Source: Hyphochytrium catenoides
Taxonomy: Eukaryota; Protista; Hyphochytriomycota
DNA: 64,000 nucleotides
Reading direction: 5' to 3'
Assembly: GCA_900088475.1 (NCBI GenBank)
Contig: FLMG01002763.1
Coordinates: 62,001 to 126,000 of the forward strand
Of this stretch, positions 30,401 through 41,503 are shown piece by piece. The position numbers and the translations under genes were made by a program. How positions within the stretch are numbered: the stretch's first letter is position 1; the number at the start of each line of letters is the position of its first letter. The notes beneath the pieces are model-generated. The model made no database searches. It was not told where the DNA came from and saw nothing but the letters and a program-made list of their open reading frames with translations.

Positions 30401-31884
30401 GTCGATTGCCCTCCAATGTGGAATCCTAAATGAATTGAATGATGGCACACGACAAGGCTCCGTTATGGAAGGCCCCGAATTTCGTGCCAGAGTCTTGAGC
30501 AGGTTTGAGCGTGGTCTCTTTTGATGCATTTTTGCTTAGTTCCTGATCGCGAATTCGACCTAGCAACGGCAAGATAATCCAATCAGAGCTTGACAAAATA
30601 TGGCCCACCCTACGGGTTCTCGCACGATCGTCTCCTGAAGACAAATATGTGCTAGTATCGGGGATTATGGCATCGACGTATGTCTCGCTGTGTCCTCAGA
30701 TAGTAGCTGTCACAGGCGATGGAACCAATGACGCGTAAGTACGTTCATAGACCAGCCAACGTGCAGACCTTTGGGCTCACCTCCTACTTTCTTCTTCCTA
30801 GCCCGGCGTTAAAGAGGGCTAGTGTCGGATTTGCAATGGGTGTATCCGGGACTGCGGTCGCAAAGGACGCCTCTGATATTATTATTATGGATGACAATTT
30901 TGCGTCCATTGTCAATGCCGTCAAATGGGGTCGAAACACCTATGAATGCGTCTGCAAGTTCCTTCAATTTCAGCTTTCTGTCATTATTACCGCTGTCTCT
31001 GTTGCCGTCATCTGCGCTTTAGTCATACAGGATCCAGTTCTGACTGCAGTGCAGCTTCTGTGGGTCAACCTCGTTATGGTACGTTTAATCCATATTACTG
31101 ATGTACTTCTGAGTCGAGGACCACTGATGGTGGCATGTGTTGATGTTCCAGGATGCTTCGGCGTCTCTTGCCATTACCACAGAACAACCGTCGGGGGACG
31201 TGCTACGGCATGGACCTCAAGGCATAAATCGGCCCTTGCTGTCAAGCATAATGACGAAGCACATCATTGGACAAAGTGCATATCAGATGACAGGTATTAG
31301 CTGATTGGTTCTTCTCCAACCTAGTGTCGCCACATCCTCCTGATGGCTGTGCGCAGTGCTATTTGTGGTCATTTTCTGTGGGCCGGACTTGTTTGGCCTA
31401 GGTTCAAGCGACAACGGACTAAAGAAAGAGAATCGGGGCCAACCCACGGTCCACTTTACTATAGTCTTCAACATATTTGTCCAAATGACGCTATGGAACC
31501 AATTTAACTGCCGAATCCTGCGCGACGATTGGAACGTTTGGAAGAAACTGGACTGGCCATTTGTGGCCATCTTCATCTGCCAACAAGTAGCCCAGGCGGT
31601 GGTTGTACAGTTTGGCGGATACGCTTTGCACGCCCGCCCTCTGACCTCAACGCAATGGCTATGGTGTATGCTTACCGGAATATTAAGGTAAGCAGACATG
31701 TCAAGCTTCTCGCTCCACTGTCTGAACCTTTCTTACCCTGAAATGAAGCTTGATTGTAGGACTTGTCCTGAGGGCCGTAGGGCACATTGAGTTCTGGGAC
31801 AAAGGTCAGACCTCTGAGAAGGCGGAAGAGGTTATTGCAGATGAGTCCGATGGCGGGAGAGGCTACAGCGAACACGTCCTCTAG
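27445..31884 (+). CDS. P-type IIB (PMCA/ACA-like) Ca2+-transporting ATPase (about 20 short introns)
   Basis: [11 protein letters not shown]; DESLLTGES; [13 protein letters not shown]; phosphorylation motif [10 protein letters not shown]; KGAAE; [10 protein letters not shown]; MVTGDN; [10 protein letters not shown]; [11 protein letters not shown]|PALK; KFLQFQL; [10 protein letters not shown]|D. Ends ...YSEHVL-TAG at 31882-31884. The start and last exon are less certain. Confidence 0.93.
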
Positions 31885-32145
31885 CTGTAACGCGTCTCGC
31901 TTGATGATGAATCTACAAAGCCCACAAATGACATGCAAGGGGTGAAGAAGCAGGGGACACCGTGGCGTTCTTGCGGCTCTTTCGCTCTCACATGTTGTTG
32001 GATCATCTAGCGGATGCACTAGACCCAGCAGTGGCCTCGATCCTCGCAACACTCAGAGAAGTATATAATTCAGCTGCACCATTGTTCAGGTCTCCTTCAG
32101 ACTTCTTGATATGTAGGGATAGAAGGAGCTGATGAGATTTTTAGC

Positions 32146-32248
32146 TTTTTACTGATTGGCAGATGTTCTGCCATTTTTTATACCACTGCGTAGACCTTTT
32201 TACTGATTGGCAGATATTCTGCCATTCTAGATAACACTGCGTAGACCT
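32146..32248. repeat. 51-bp tandem duplication, each copy with a TGGCAGA-N3-TCTGCCA hairpin, overlapping the TBC gene stop
   Basis: actgattggcaga occurs at 32151 and 32202. The minus-strand TAG at 32227-32229 lies within the second plus-strand copy. Confidence 0.9.
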
Positions 32249-35200
32249 CCAAGAGCATCACTGTGCACTGCTCTCCTTCCTTCTTTAAGTCTCTGGACTT
32301 GCGTTGAGTGGCTCTGCAGTCCCTTATCGGGAGAGTAGAAGTTTACGTCATGCACCAGGCCATGAAGTGCCTCATAGACGCGGGGAGGGACCTTCATCCG
32401 GTGGATAGTATAAAAAAGGGCCTCCTCCTACAGACAACGAGTAACAGAGGCCAAGAAAGATGAGCGAGATAAGCGCTTCAGGCTATCTGAAGTAGATGAT
32501 AGCAATCAGACAACAGAAGGCAGCCACGATCTTATCACACAACGTTATGAAGTAGGTTGCGGCATACACGCAGTCAGCCGTCAGTTAGACCGCCCGGAGT
32601 CTAATTTGCCAATCGACATAAGAGGGCGACCTATTGGGAGGAAGCAGCGAAACAGAAAAGAACGTAGCCCGAGGTCCCAACTCCTACCGTGATGTATTCT
32701 TCCCAGGTGAGTTTCCAAGAGTTGGATTGTTGCAGCATTAGAATACAGTCGTCTACTTCGCTCTAGTAAAATACAACTTGTCATTAGAGTGCGATCGGGA
32801 CACAGTACCACAGAAAGGTTCCAAAGACGTCAGTGGACTCTGAGCTAAACAAGTCTCTCAGAACTATTAGCAATCAGCCAGAGAGATTAGAGTTCGTTTT
32901 GGTTTTCGCGCACCTTGAGAAGAAAAGGAGAGAGCAATTCCTGGATGGCTAATGCAGTCTTAAATAAAAATATTGTGCCTTCAAGAAGAAAACAATCCCA
33001 GACCCTAGACGCCATCTCTAGCGGCAAAGTCTGTGGGCCAAAGGGAACAAGAATAGGCCCGTAAGTGATACTTACCGTTGAGACAACGAGAAGGTAGCTA
33101 AAAAACATATTCTAAAGCATTGGGAGGAATGGCCCCATCCGTTGTGTCACTAGAGACAGCGTGGCTAGTTATGCCCCTAACGGGTCGAAAGGCATCGTCA
33201 CTATCTCAGCTTCCATTTATCCCCTACATCAACTAGTACTTCCCATAGCTCCGTCTTTTAGCATACCTGCAAGAAGAGGGTCTGCATCCAATTCATAAGG
33301 TACATGGAGGAGTCGATGCTCAGTGTGCAAAGATGTGCATGCACACGAGGGCAGTTGATGGCTAGAAGCTCATCATATAGCGAATAGTACCTGACTGTAT
33401 CGAGATGATTAGTTCATTACCTTTTCTATCCTGAAAAAGACATAGGGTGGCCATCAGAAAAGAGCCCAGATAGCAGGCCGTAAATAGGACGAAGTGAACG
33501 ACAGTTTGAAGGCTGTTATAACTTTTCGCACCTGCAAGTCTCATGTCAAGTAAATAAAAGACGAAGAGGTGCTCCGTCGTCATTAGGTTTGCGAGACACT
33601 GAAATGCTAGGTAACTGTGTGCCAAGTATGTAACAGTTGTCAGAAATTGATCACGGAGTTAGCGCGAATCTTAGCATGAACAGAGATGACAGTCAAAGCT
33701 CATATTTTTGACAGTAACCGTACACGCCATGCCACGTAAGGTTTAATAACTTCTCGATCCAGGTGCTTCCCTTATAGCCAAGGGGCCAATTACTCTCTTG
33801 CCCTTGGCATTGTTGTCCCGAGCTCTTTTGTCCGTCATACCTGTTATCTCCCATATAGAGACTTAGCATAGCTGCTAGGTAGCTCATGCCTTGGATATAT
33901 CCCAAATCAGGCCGGTAGCAAGCGAAGGTACTCAGGATTTCCAAAAGTTGGCTATAATAGGGACCCGTTGGGTCAAATAGACAGAGTGCAGGGAACGTCC
34001 GCGGAAGGTCGGTGTGAATTAGGGCCATTGACTCCTCTTTTCCCAAGTGTCCTATGGTAAGGGAGGAGCAGTCTCTACTTCCGCTTGAGAGCTGCAATAA
34101 AGGAGAATGGGGCTTAGGGACAGATATGGGTGCGCACGGAATCTGACGGGAGATAGAACATGGACGGAGAGCTCTCACGGATCTTCACAATAGGGAGAAA
34201 ACCAGCTATCTCTGTTGTCAGCGAGGATGCACACGATCAACGGTGCAGCGGTAGAAGTAGTGGTGAGCGGTTATTTGGACCCAAATCAACATCAATCTAC
34301 CAGTAGCACTGTGACAAACTGACAGCTTAATTGCAAAAAGGTAAAAGGCCTTCTCAACCGACTTACCCGCTTTGAACCATCTGGATTGAGTTAAGAGATA
34401 GAGCAAGAGTAGACGTCAGGCAAAGGGAGATTCAGAAAAACTCGAAAGCACTGGATAGTGGTCACTAGTCACGTGTATCTTTCGCCAACCCCTTCCCTAT
34501 CTCATGACTCCCTTTTCCTCTACTTCCGCGCTCGACAACCTTGTTCCCCCTGCCCTAACACCCTTCCCTTATCTTGACAAGTCCTTGGTCCCTACCTTCT
34601 TGACGGTCCAAATATAGCGTAGTCTGCTGCTTAGCTCTCTGCTTGAAAATGTCAAAGAGCTGAGGGGTCATCTTCAAGGAGTTTCCTGAAAAGAGAGGAA
34701 ACGCACCAGTAAACTGATGAATGGTAGCGAATATGCATATAGGTGACAGCATTGGAAGTTTAATAGACGAATACACAGTGAGAAGGGAACGGCAAAAGCC
34801 AAATGGACAAAGTGATAACTAAAATGGGGGCGATGTAAGGCTCAACGATGCTTGGAGGACTTGTTCCCAGTCTGTGTGATGGACAAAGTAAGAGAAGAAC
34901 TGCCATTGACCACTAGACCAAACAATCAAATAGAGCAAGTAGCCAGAGGACTAAATTATGGAGATGGAGCACATGTACCTATAGCTAGCGGCCAAATATG
35001 TGTACGCAGCGATGGAGGGAGGCCCTGTCTCCAAAGAGACCCTGCAAGCTTGTTTTCCAGACCCCGGTCCCAGTCAGGCAATACCTTCAGCTGCCACATC
35101 TAGTAGAAAGGAAGGGATAGTTATAAGAGAGCTGCCTGTAGCACTTGCCTTTAGGTCGAAAACACGATAGATATAGACACTTCTGTTGACCTATAGGACG

Positions 35201-38200
35201 CAGGTGGTTGACGATTGATCAGGATGGAAGAGTAGTAGATACCGTCAAGTACTTCTGGATTAGCTTCTCCTTCTCCTTACTCTTCTCTGTGCTATCGGAT
35301 CCTGAGCATGTTCACGGAAAGCATCGTCAGAGACCGGGCGAGAGATTGAAAAGGCAAAGACCAACCAGCATCAAGTTTCCAAAGACGCCATACAACCAAG
35401 TATCAGATTATGAGTCAACACGTGCCGAGAGCAAAAGAGACGAGCGCCTGTGAATTCTGCCACCTTTTGGGTCGCCAGAGGTTCCCTCATTACTTTCATC
35501 AGGTACTGCTCGGCTTCCATCCGCTGAAGCCAAGGAAGATGGGGACCGTAGTTTTTGGAGGAGAGTAGTGAATGTATCTCCACAGCTGATAGAGTATGAG
35601 CAGGAAGGATCAAAGCAATCAACTCGCTGTAAGACCAAGAGACCAGGTAGGGGAGGAGTGTTAGGAGTGAATGAACTGGTCGAGACCCACTAAAAGCAAG
35701 GCCTAGAACCACAATAGAGAATGATTAAGCGAGAGTGATACGGCGGTTCCTGTGCGGTCTGGCGCTTGGTTTCAGTCTGTTCTCTAGTAACAACCTTTGA
35801 CCATTCCTTGGCCCAACTTTCCTAGTTCCCGCTCTCCCATATGTCTTGCCTGCGCTCCACTATGCAAAAGCCCGGCTTTCTCAAAGCAGCCCTCTGCCCA
35901 CTTCGCACTTTGTTACAACCTACCTGGGGCAGGTCCACATTACTGGTATGTCCTAAACCGAGGGCACCGCTATTATTTAGTCCCCAGGACAGGAGTGTGC
36001 CTTGTATCGTGAGCGCGGATGAGTGAAAAGCCCCACAAGCGATTGAAACTATTTTCTCTCCACGAGTGAGGACCTGAGAGAGAGGAACTCTCTGCGGGAG
36101 AGGCTTGAGGATAATGGGAGGAATGCGGGGGAGAGGATGAGATATTTNNNNNNNNNNNNNNNNNNNNNNNNNNNNNNNNCCTGGAAAACTGTTCTAGTGC
36201 CGAGTTGTCCAAACTCCCCCAAGCCCCAACTATAAAGAGTCCCGGACACCGCAAGGGCCAAGGAATGGGTGGAGCCAGAGGCAATCTTTTCAACCTAAAT
36301 GAAGATGTGTACATAGGGTGTCAGGTGAAAGGCGAAGAAAGTAAGCGATTCCCCATACTTCAACAGACGTGAGCATATGTAAAGGAGTAAGTTACAACCC
36401 TGACAGCAGGCAAGACATGCTTTATGGTCACGACACAGCTGTACAAGGAAAGAAAGGGCGCAGCACCTTGGTGTCCTCCGAATCTGCAGAAAAAGTCTTT
36501 ATCAGGTCAGGGTACAACTGATCTGCAGCCTTAACCCCGTCTCCGCATTGCCCTTCGCTCTGAGCGCAGCAAAGTAGGCGCAAAGATGGGGGTCAGCGCA
36601 ACTATGTGCACACGATGGAGACGCCGCCACCACCGTCGACCTACAGCCAAGTGAACAAAGCAAAGAAGGGTACGGGACTGACAGACAGACAATAGGTCGA
36701 ATACATCATGCCTATCAACCGAAAAACCGGATAAATCTTGCATATCAACCGTCACCTGCTTTCCCCAGGAGAAAACCCTTCCAGTCTGCATAAAAGAACA
36801 CGAAGAGTATACTTAGCGGACACAGTCACTCCTAAAAGACCACAGACGAAAGAAAGTATAAAGCTTCAAGGAAAATGGCTATTACCAGACTATATACGAT
36901 GGCATCTTCGTGCTAGCCCACAGTTAGAGTAGGGTTGCGGAGGATAGTCGCAGAGTATTGCAAACATAGGACAGCGCAAACAAGCGACGCAAGCGGAAAT
37001 CAACATGCGAGACCATGCATTCATGAACGTGATTACAGGTGAATTCCCCGGGGGAAAAACATCAATTTGCAACCACTGGAACGGGAGAATTATGCCTCGG
37101 TTAGGTTATTAATCGGCTTTTCTCACCTCATCTACCGCCAAAGTGAAGTTCCAGCCACAGGTAAGCCCAGTGATAGGCAAATCCCTTAGGCCTGCAACTT
37201 GCTTTGGTCTTTCCCTAGAGACTTCGTCTCCATGACCAAGTCTTCCATTTCTTCCCTTTCCCCATGTAAATACCGCCCCAGCAGACGAGAGAACAACGGT
37301 GTGGGAGCCCCCGCATTGCCCAAATATGATTCTTGTCCCCAATAAGGCTAGCACTTTTTTCGGAACGGAGCGATCTTTGAGGTCCCCGTGACCAAGTCGA
37401 CCATCTGCCCCCAGACCTGAGGCCAAAAATAGATGAGACGAAGGCAAGACAATAGAAGCGGCGCACCAACTGATTTTTATGAGCACTAGAGGCAAAAAGC
37501 TGTCGATGGATCGGGGAAGACCAACGCAATGCAGAGCACAGGACTAGTAAGAAGAGCATACAGGAGGGAGCGATGGAAAGCAATGCCAAAAGGAAGGACG
37601 TAAAAGGAGGTTAGTTCTGACAGCTTACCCCACGTGTATACCTCGCCGCCAGAAGCCAACGCCAAACAATGTTGCGGACCGCAGGTCACGAACGTGACTC
37701 GACGCCCGCTCAGCGCCTTTTCCAAGGCAATTCCTTGGATCAGAGAAGGAAGAGAGAAGCAAGAGGGAGAAGGAGAAGGGGATAAACTGGCGAAGGAAGG
37801 GCGCGGGCTTTGCGGTGCTGGGACGGGGTGTCTGATCTGGTAGACATCTCCAGTCGCTGTCAATGGAAAAGATCAATGGATAAGATTGAAAGTTTGGAGA
37901 GGTGTGACGCCAGAAGGATGATAGGCTATCTGGCCAGTGGAGCCCCAGCCGCAACTCGAAGAGTATACCAACCACTTTCTAGCTCTCAGGGAAGACAAAC
38001 GATAAGGCCCACGATCAAGGGTTTCAGTCCTCTCAAAGGAGCAAATGAGGCAGTGGACGGCCCACCAGACAACTTAGATGTATATGTGAAAGGCCTCAGC
38101 AGATCAACGAGTGAGCTTTTTTAACAGGATGTCCTCAGTCCAGCGAATTCGGATAGCAAGCAGGACTAAGAGGAAGAAGAGGGTGACAGTGTGGTGCAAG

Positions 38201-38471
38201 AACGCTAACCTGTAAGATACAGTACTGTGCTACCCTTACACGCGACCTGCTGCATATTCTTCAGCTTCAACTCCACCATTTCTCTGGGCCTAAGGATCGG
38301 TACATTGTGATCGCTCTCTGGAAGCAAACCCCAGGCGTATAACTAATAGGGGGTCAAGTTTAGAAAACGGCAAGCAAATCGGGCCATGGCCATAAAGAGA
38401 GGACTCTTAAGTCGACGATGGTTAGTAGCATGCGATAGACCGCAAGTCGAGAGAGAATTCACCTTCACCAT
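32227..38471 (-). CDS. RCC1-repeat beta-propeller fused to a TBC1D12/TBC1D14-type Rab-GAP domain (multi-exon; 5' end uncertain)
   Basis: RCC1 blades: LYAWG, VTCGPQHCLALASGGEVYTWG|LGADGRLGHGD, CGGSHTVVL..GAVFTWGKGRNGRLGHGD, IASGSTHSLAL..GTLYSWGLGEFGQLG, IACGAFHSSAL..GTLLSWGLNNSGALGLG. TBC: LWRQGLPPSLRTHIWPLAI|GNSLKMT, IHTDLPRTF (R finger), YRPDLGYIQGMSY (Q finger), LPLEMASRVWDCFLLEG. Candidate start MVK|LYAWG at ATG 38471. Confidence 0.88.
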
Positions 38472-38529
38472 GAGCCTCACCTTTGACGTCGGTATTGAAG
38501 CCTTAAAATTAGGGCCAGTCTCATTATTA

Positions 38530-41503
38530 CTAGGCAAGCGCGTCCTTGCCTGAATCACCGACTAGGGACAAGATCATGTTTGGAAGGACACGATACATAA
38601 ATAAATGTAGGTAGGCGCTTGGTGATTGACAAGAGAATGGNNNNNNNNNNNNNNNNNNNNNNNNNNNNNNNNNNNNNNNNNNNNNNNNNNNNNNNNNNNN
38701 GAAAGAATACCTCTGCGATGGTCTAAGGCTTCGGCTGAGGTGTGCAGCGATAGATGAGAGAAGAGTATACATAGGAGACACCACCCGAAAGAAGCTAGAA
38801 GAGCATGCCCATTGCGAATTGCAGCTACATCTATAGTGCGATAACGGCCGATTCCAACGACAGAGAACTGCTGAAGCCACAGTGAGTGGGCAAGAGTGGA
38901 TGAAAGAAACCACTGAAAAGCAATGGTACTGAGAGAGAACATTTCTTGGCCATACGTGTGGCCCAAAGCGCACTCAAAGCGGCTGGATCAACCAAAGAAA
39001 GAGTCATAGGAGAGCACTAAAAGGAATTTTAGAGCCCATGGCACCTTGGTCAGCAATCTTTTGCAAGAAATCACTCTCGGCGTTGTAAAACGATTCCCAA
39101 GCTAGGTTGACGGTGTTCAGCGCCTGAAAGGAGAATATAAAGCAAGATAAGCCAACTCTCCACGTATTTAGAAAGTAGCCAGCACAAGAGCTAACATTGC
39201 TACCATGGACTCCATTGTGGGCATAGGTGGACAGTATGTTGAGAAGGAGGAGAGGAGGGGGGAAGGGTTCTGTTGTACCAATACAGGCCAACGACGCCCG
39301 ATTGAAATGGAGAGAATAAAGATGTGACAGACCTTGCTTTCCAGCTCCTCAACGCTACGTGCCCATTCTTTTAGCGGAGCATCACGTGGGTGGAGATGAT
39401 ATTTGGCCTACGCGATGAGCACAGGACCAACAGAAGAGTTAGGCTAAGCTGACTGCTTCTAGAGTGATGTGTTGTTGACGACTTGAGCAGGATTTTCTCC
39501 TTAACAACCAATTCGTCTGGTACATGGGAGGCAGGAAGGCGCATTGACCCGTACGGTAGACATTACCAAGCTTGCAGATACATATGGGTAGAATTGACAA
39601 GTGTTGAAGACCAGAATGAATCACACAAAACATCTACGTTTGGAAGAGTACGGAGAGTGAGAATAGGCTCCTCCTTACCCTGTCTATGTCTCCCTCGATA
39701 AACTCCTTGACCCTAAGCACGGCTGCAGAGAGCAGACGTTCCGAAAACTCCTTGAGGTGAACATTGACTACCTCCGTGATCCATTCCATTGTCTCTTCAA
39801 TGGTCCAGCCTCCTTGATTGGGCTCTTTCTGCTTAGAGTAAGCACAGCAGCGACACAAATGTGGAGAGAAAGGGCCCCATCATCGTTTCAGAGTTGAGAC
39901 GAGTAGGATTTAGAGATGCAACAATCTTAGTGTACACCTTTGTGCCGTTTTCTTCTGCCAGTAGACCCTGCAACTTCTTAAATTCCTCCACAAGGTAGAG
40001 TCCAGAGAGGCACCAAGATCGAGCAGACTGAATGTGCACGTCCAGGGAATTCTGAAGAGCTCCTAGGTGCGTCTCTAACCGCAACAATCTGACAAAGTTT
40101 AGCGTTAGCGTTGGAGGTAAGTCTGAGTAAAAATATACTTCCTTGTCACAGTTCATCATTAGCCTGCTATTGTTCCTGATTCAGCGCTGCATCAACCACA
40201 CATTTCCCTCTTTCAAGTGCTCTTACCTAGACTCTTGCTCTGAAATAGTGTCATCGGTGGGTCTCTTTTCAATCTCAACGAAATCGAAGGTAGAGTCTTC
40301 TGAAGGCTTTGGAAAGAGAGTTAGTAACCGCTATAGCCTCGCTCGAAGACCATACCGCCAGAATCACCCACATCTATACACGTTTCGAACCTTAGCGTAG
40401 ACTTACCCTTCTTTCTGACTCTCTATAGAACCATTTATCGTCTGGGGTAGGAGAACCCGCTATGGCTCTCAAGCGGTTTGGAGTCATAGTGGAACTGAAA
40501 GGAAGGGCCCAAGAAGGAAGGGGGGGTGAAAGGGGAGGGGGTGGCTGATCGGCACCTAAACGAAGGAAGTTCGAGAAAATCTGGACGCTCATGAAGATCT
40601 ATTTTGAAAGAACGAGATGGCAAGGATCGAGGCGGAAGGAAGAGCGAAAGAAGCGACGAGGGGATTGTAAGCGCGCATACAGGGGCAAGACAGGATCAAT
40701 AGAGAGCTTAACTGCAGTACAATGCTCTCCGTTTCTCGCATCCTCTCTAGCTATGTTCTCTTAGGTGAGCCTAAATCCACTATTTTCCTCGTTGCTCACC
40801 TCGTTATCGTGGAGATGTATCCTTTTTTCGTATAGTAGTTGTAGGTATTCAAACATTTGCTCGACCCATCTCTTCAGCCCTTGGTAACGGATTTGTAATT
40901 GCTCCGGAGAGAGAGCGTAAGGTTGGAGCGAGTGCTTGGGGGGCAACTCCACACGTGGCTTCAGAGCTATGGCATCAGACACTTCGGAGATCTGAGAGTA
41001 GCGTCTGGACAGGACAAGCAAAGTGGGAAAGATAGATGGTCAGTATGCTGTGGTAGAACGAGCCTGTGTGATAAAGACCGACTGGGCTCCGAGCTCATTG
41101 TTAGCAAATAGCTTCTAGGAGAGAAACAGACTTGGAAGAGCTTTGGAAAAGGGGTTGAAGCTCGTGCCACAAAGCGGAGAATATACAGGCTTTGAGTGAG
41201 AGACGGAATATGGCAGAGAGTGAGAGAGAGACTACTAAGAAGAGAAGAGGAAAGACGAGAGGTGCTGCTTCTGTCGTCTACCCACCGATAGATTTTCCAT
41301 CCACCGTATCCTTTCTGAGAGACCTCAAACACATAAACGGTGAAGCCCCTTCCGCCGCTTGTCTGAGCGGAATAGAATCCTAAGCCTCTCACGCTTTCGA
41401 TCAGACCGAAAACATTTGATGGCCGGCTCAGGTGAAGAGAGGCTCGGCGTCGAGGCGTGCTTGGGGTGCTGCTGGATCCTATGCTCTCTCTCAGTGGATC
41501 CAT
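38530..41503 (-). CDS. PX-domain protein with downstream long helical (BAR-like) region; 3' end unresolved and possibly continuous with the RCC1-TBC gene
   Basis: PX signature FTVYVFEV..GWKIYR|RYSQ...ELPPK...SPEQLQIRYQGLKRW...IFSNFL. Amphipathic helices follow (LLRLETHLGALQNSL; VNVHLKEFSERLLSAAVLRVKEFIEGDI; LAWESFYNAESDFLQKIADQ). An N gap at 38641-38700 obscures the terminal exons. Confidence 0.72.
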
